Shown piece by piece: positions 62,520-64,000 of a stretch of 64,000 bases of DNA. Source of the stretch: Amphiscolops sp. MND2022. Taxonomy: Eukaryota. A model generated the notes under the pieces. That model did no database searches. It was not told the origin of the DNA and saw only the letters and a list, made by a program, of their open reading frames with translations. The stretch spans positions 52,328,001 to 52,392,000 of the forward strand of contig OZ076415.1 in the NCBI GenBank assembly GCA_964187785.1. Reading direction: 5' to 3'. A program made the translations under genes and the position numbers. Position 1 is the stretch's first letter; every line of letters starts with the position of its first letter.

Positions 62520-63250
62520 CAGTAGCGTTCTAAAATATCGCAACCTCATAGCATAAAATGGCAAAATTCAAAACCAAAAATCTCATAAACTGTCACGAAC
62601 ACAAATTTTTGCCAGCTAGGAAAGTTTCTTAGAATTTTATCTAGTTTACAAAAATGTTTGTTTGAAATTTCTACGACCGTTACCAAAAAAGTTAGAAATT
62701 GCAAATTTTAGTAAATTTTGATTGAAATTTGAGTTTTTTCGAAAATTGAGTAACTTCGAATATTTTTTTTGGATTTTTTTTATTGGGAAACTTCCTATAA
62801 TCTCCCGAACCTACTGAATTGTTTTGATCGAGAATTTTTTTCGAATCAGAAAAAATACACTATATTTTGTGTCTATGAGCACTGAAGTACATGTATTAAG
62901 ATAGGCTATAAGAATTGTATTTAGAAAATTGATGATTTTTATTTGAAATCGAAAAAGTTTTCCGATCAAATTATATCAGCATCCTCAGGAGATTTGGGGG
63001 CAAATATATTTTCAACTTTGTCAAAATCCAGAAAAAGTACAAATTTGATTAAATTTTGTCAAAATTTCCAATTTCTAACTTTCGCAATTTTTGTCGCAGA
63101 AATTTCAAACAAACATTTTTGTAAACTAGATAAATTTCTAATAAACTTTCCTAGCTGACACTTTTTCGTATTTGGGACAGTTTTCAAGAAATTTGGATTT
63201 GAAATTTGCAATTTTAGGCATTGGAGTTGCGATATTTTAGAACGCTACTG
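62520..63250. mobile_element. Tc1/mariner-type MITE
   Basis: TA|CAGTAGCGTTCTAAAATATCGCAAC ... GTTGCGATATTTTAGAACGCTACTG|TA; imperfect TIRs extend over 150 bp. Confidence 0.88.
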
Positions 63251-64000
63251 TAGACAGTCTACAGTGTACAGTATACTTAATAGTAAACCAATTCAATATT
63301 TTAGTCTTGCTGAAGGGCATTACTTTTATCAAAATCAATGAATCAGTGAACTTTTTGCGTTTTAGTCCATGGTCATCCATTAATGTTCTTGAAACTCTTG
63401 ATAAAAATCATGGAATTTTCTGAATTTCTTGGCACGATCTTGCAAGATTCTGGAAGGTATTTTTATATAGGACACGTCTGTTTAGCACCAAAAGTCAGTT
63501 GTTGAGATTCTTTCAAAGTACTCTACAGGAACTCAACCACAAAACTTTCTTGTTTAGGATGTTTTTCCTTCCTAATAAAATTTGTTGACCATCTTGAAGT
63601 TTGTATAGTTTTCGCTAGAAGTTCTTTCAGTTTTTTTGTTATTTTTGAATCCAGTCTGCAAACTTTTGGCGATGGTCAAAATCATGAGTAAAACTCATGT
63701 TTTTTTCACAGCAAAGTTTTTGATAAACCATGCAGAAACTTTGCGACCTTATTTTTATATTAGCTCATTAAAGTTACAGGAAATATAAATACATCTATCT
63801 CCAAGTGCTGATATAATTGCTAGAAAAATTACGAATAGATTTTTCAGCAGTAGTTTTGAATGTGAACAAGATCCTAATTAAAGATATGCTAATATGATAG
63901 TTCAAAACCGCTGTCAGGTACCTACCTAAGCTTTGATTTCAATTATTACAGAAAAAGTGCCGTCAGAAAGTTGAGTTTTGTAGACAATAATATGAGAAAA

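Noticed and set aside
61010-63470. Additional CCC...GGG elements (TGCAGA- and CAAG-repeat blocks)
   Set aside because: Subterminal-type repeats are present, but paired termini and TSDs could not be identified.

Overview
AT-rich, transposon-dense eukaryotic (invertebrate-like) genomic DNA with one 200-N scaffold gap; the species cannot be fixed from sequence alone. One host gene was reconstructed by hand from GT-AG sites and phase arithmetic: a 14-exon, 785-aa Sec23/24-type zinc-finger plus vWA (intact MIDAS) protein resembling the 'circularly permutated Ras protein 1-like' family, without a visible Ras domain (4390-45038, +). Two ~14-15 kb introns and the downstream 19 kb are filled with nested elements: decayed Ty3/Gypsy and BEL/Pao retroelements, three long solo LTRs that each carry an ORF, four CCC...GGG non-autonomous DNA elements with 2-bp TSDs, hAT and Tc1/mariner MITEs, a DINE-1/HINE-like family and large hairpins. 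The most striking object is an uninterrupted 734-codon ORF made almost entirely of nucleoporin-like GLFG repeats (12589-14793), nested in intron 1 on the same strand as the host gene. No CRISPR or rRNA was seen, and no intact tRNA.
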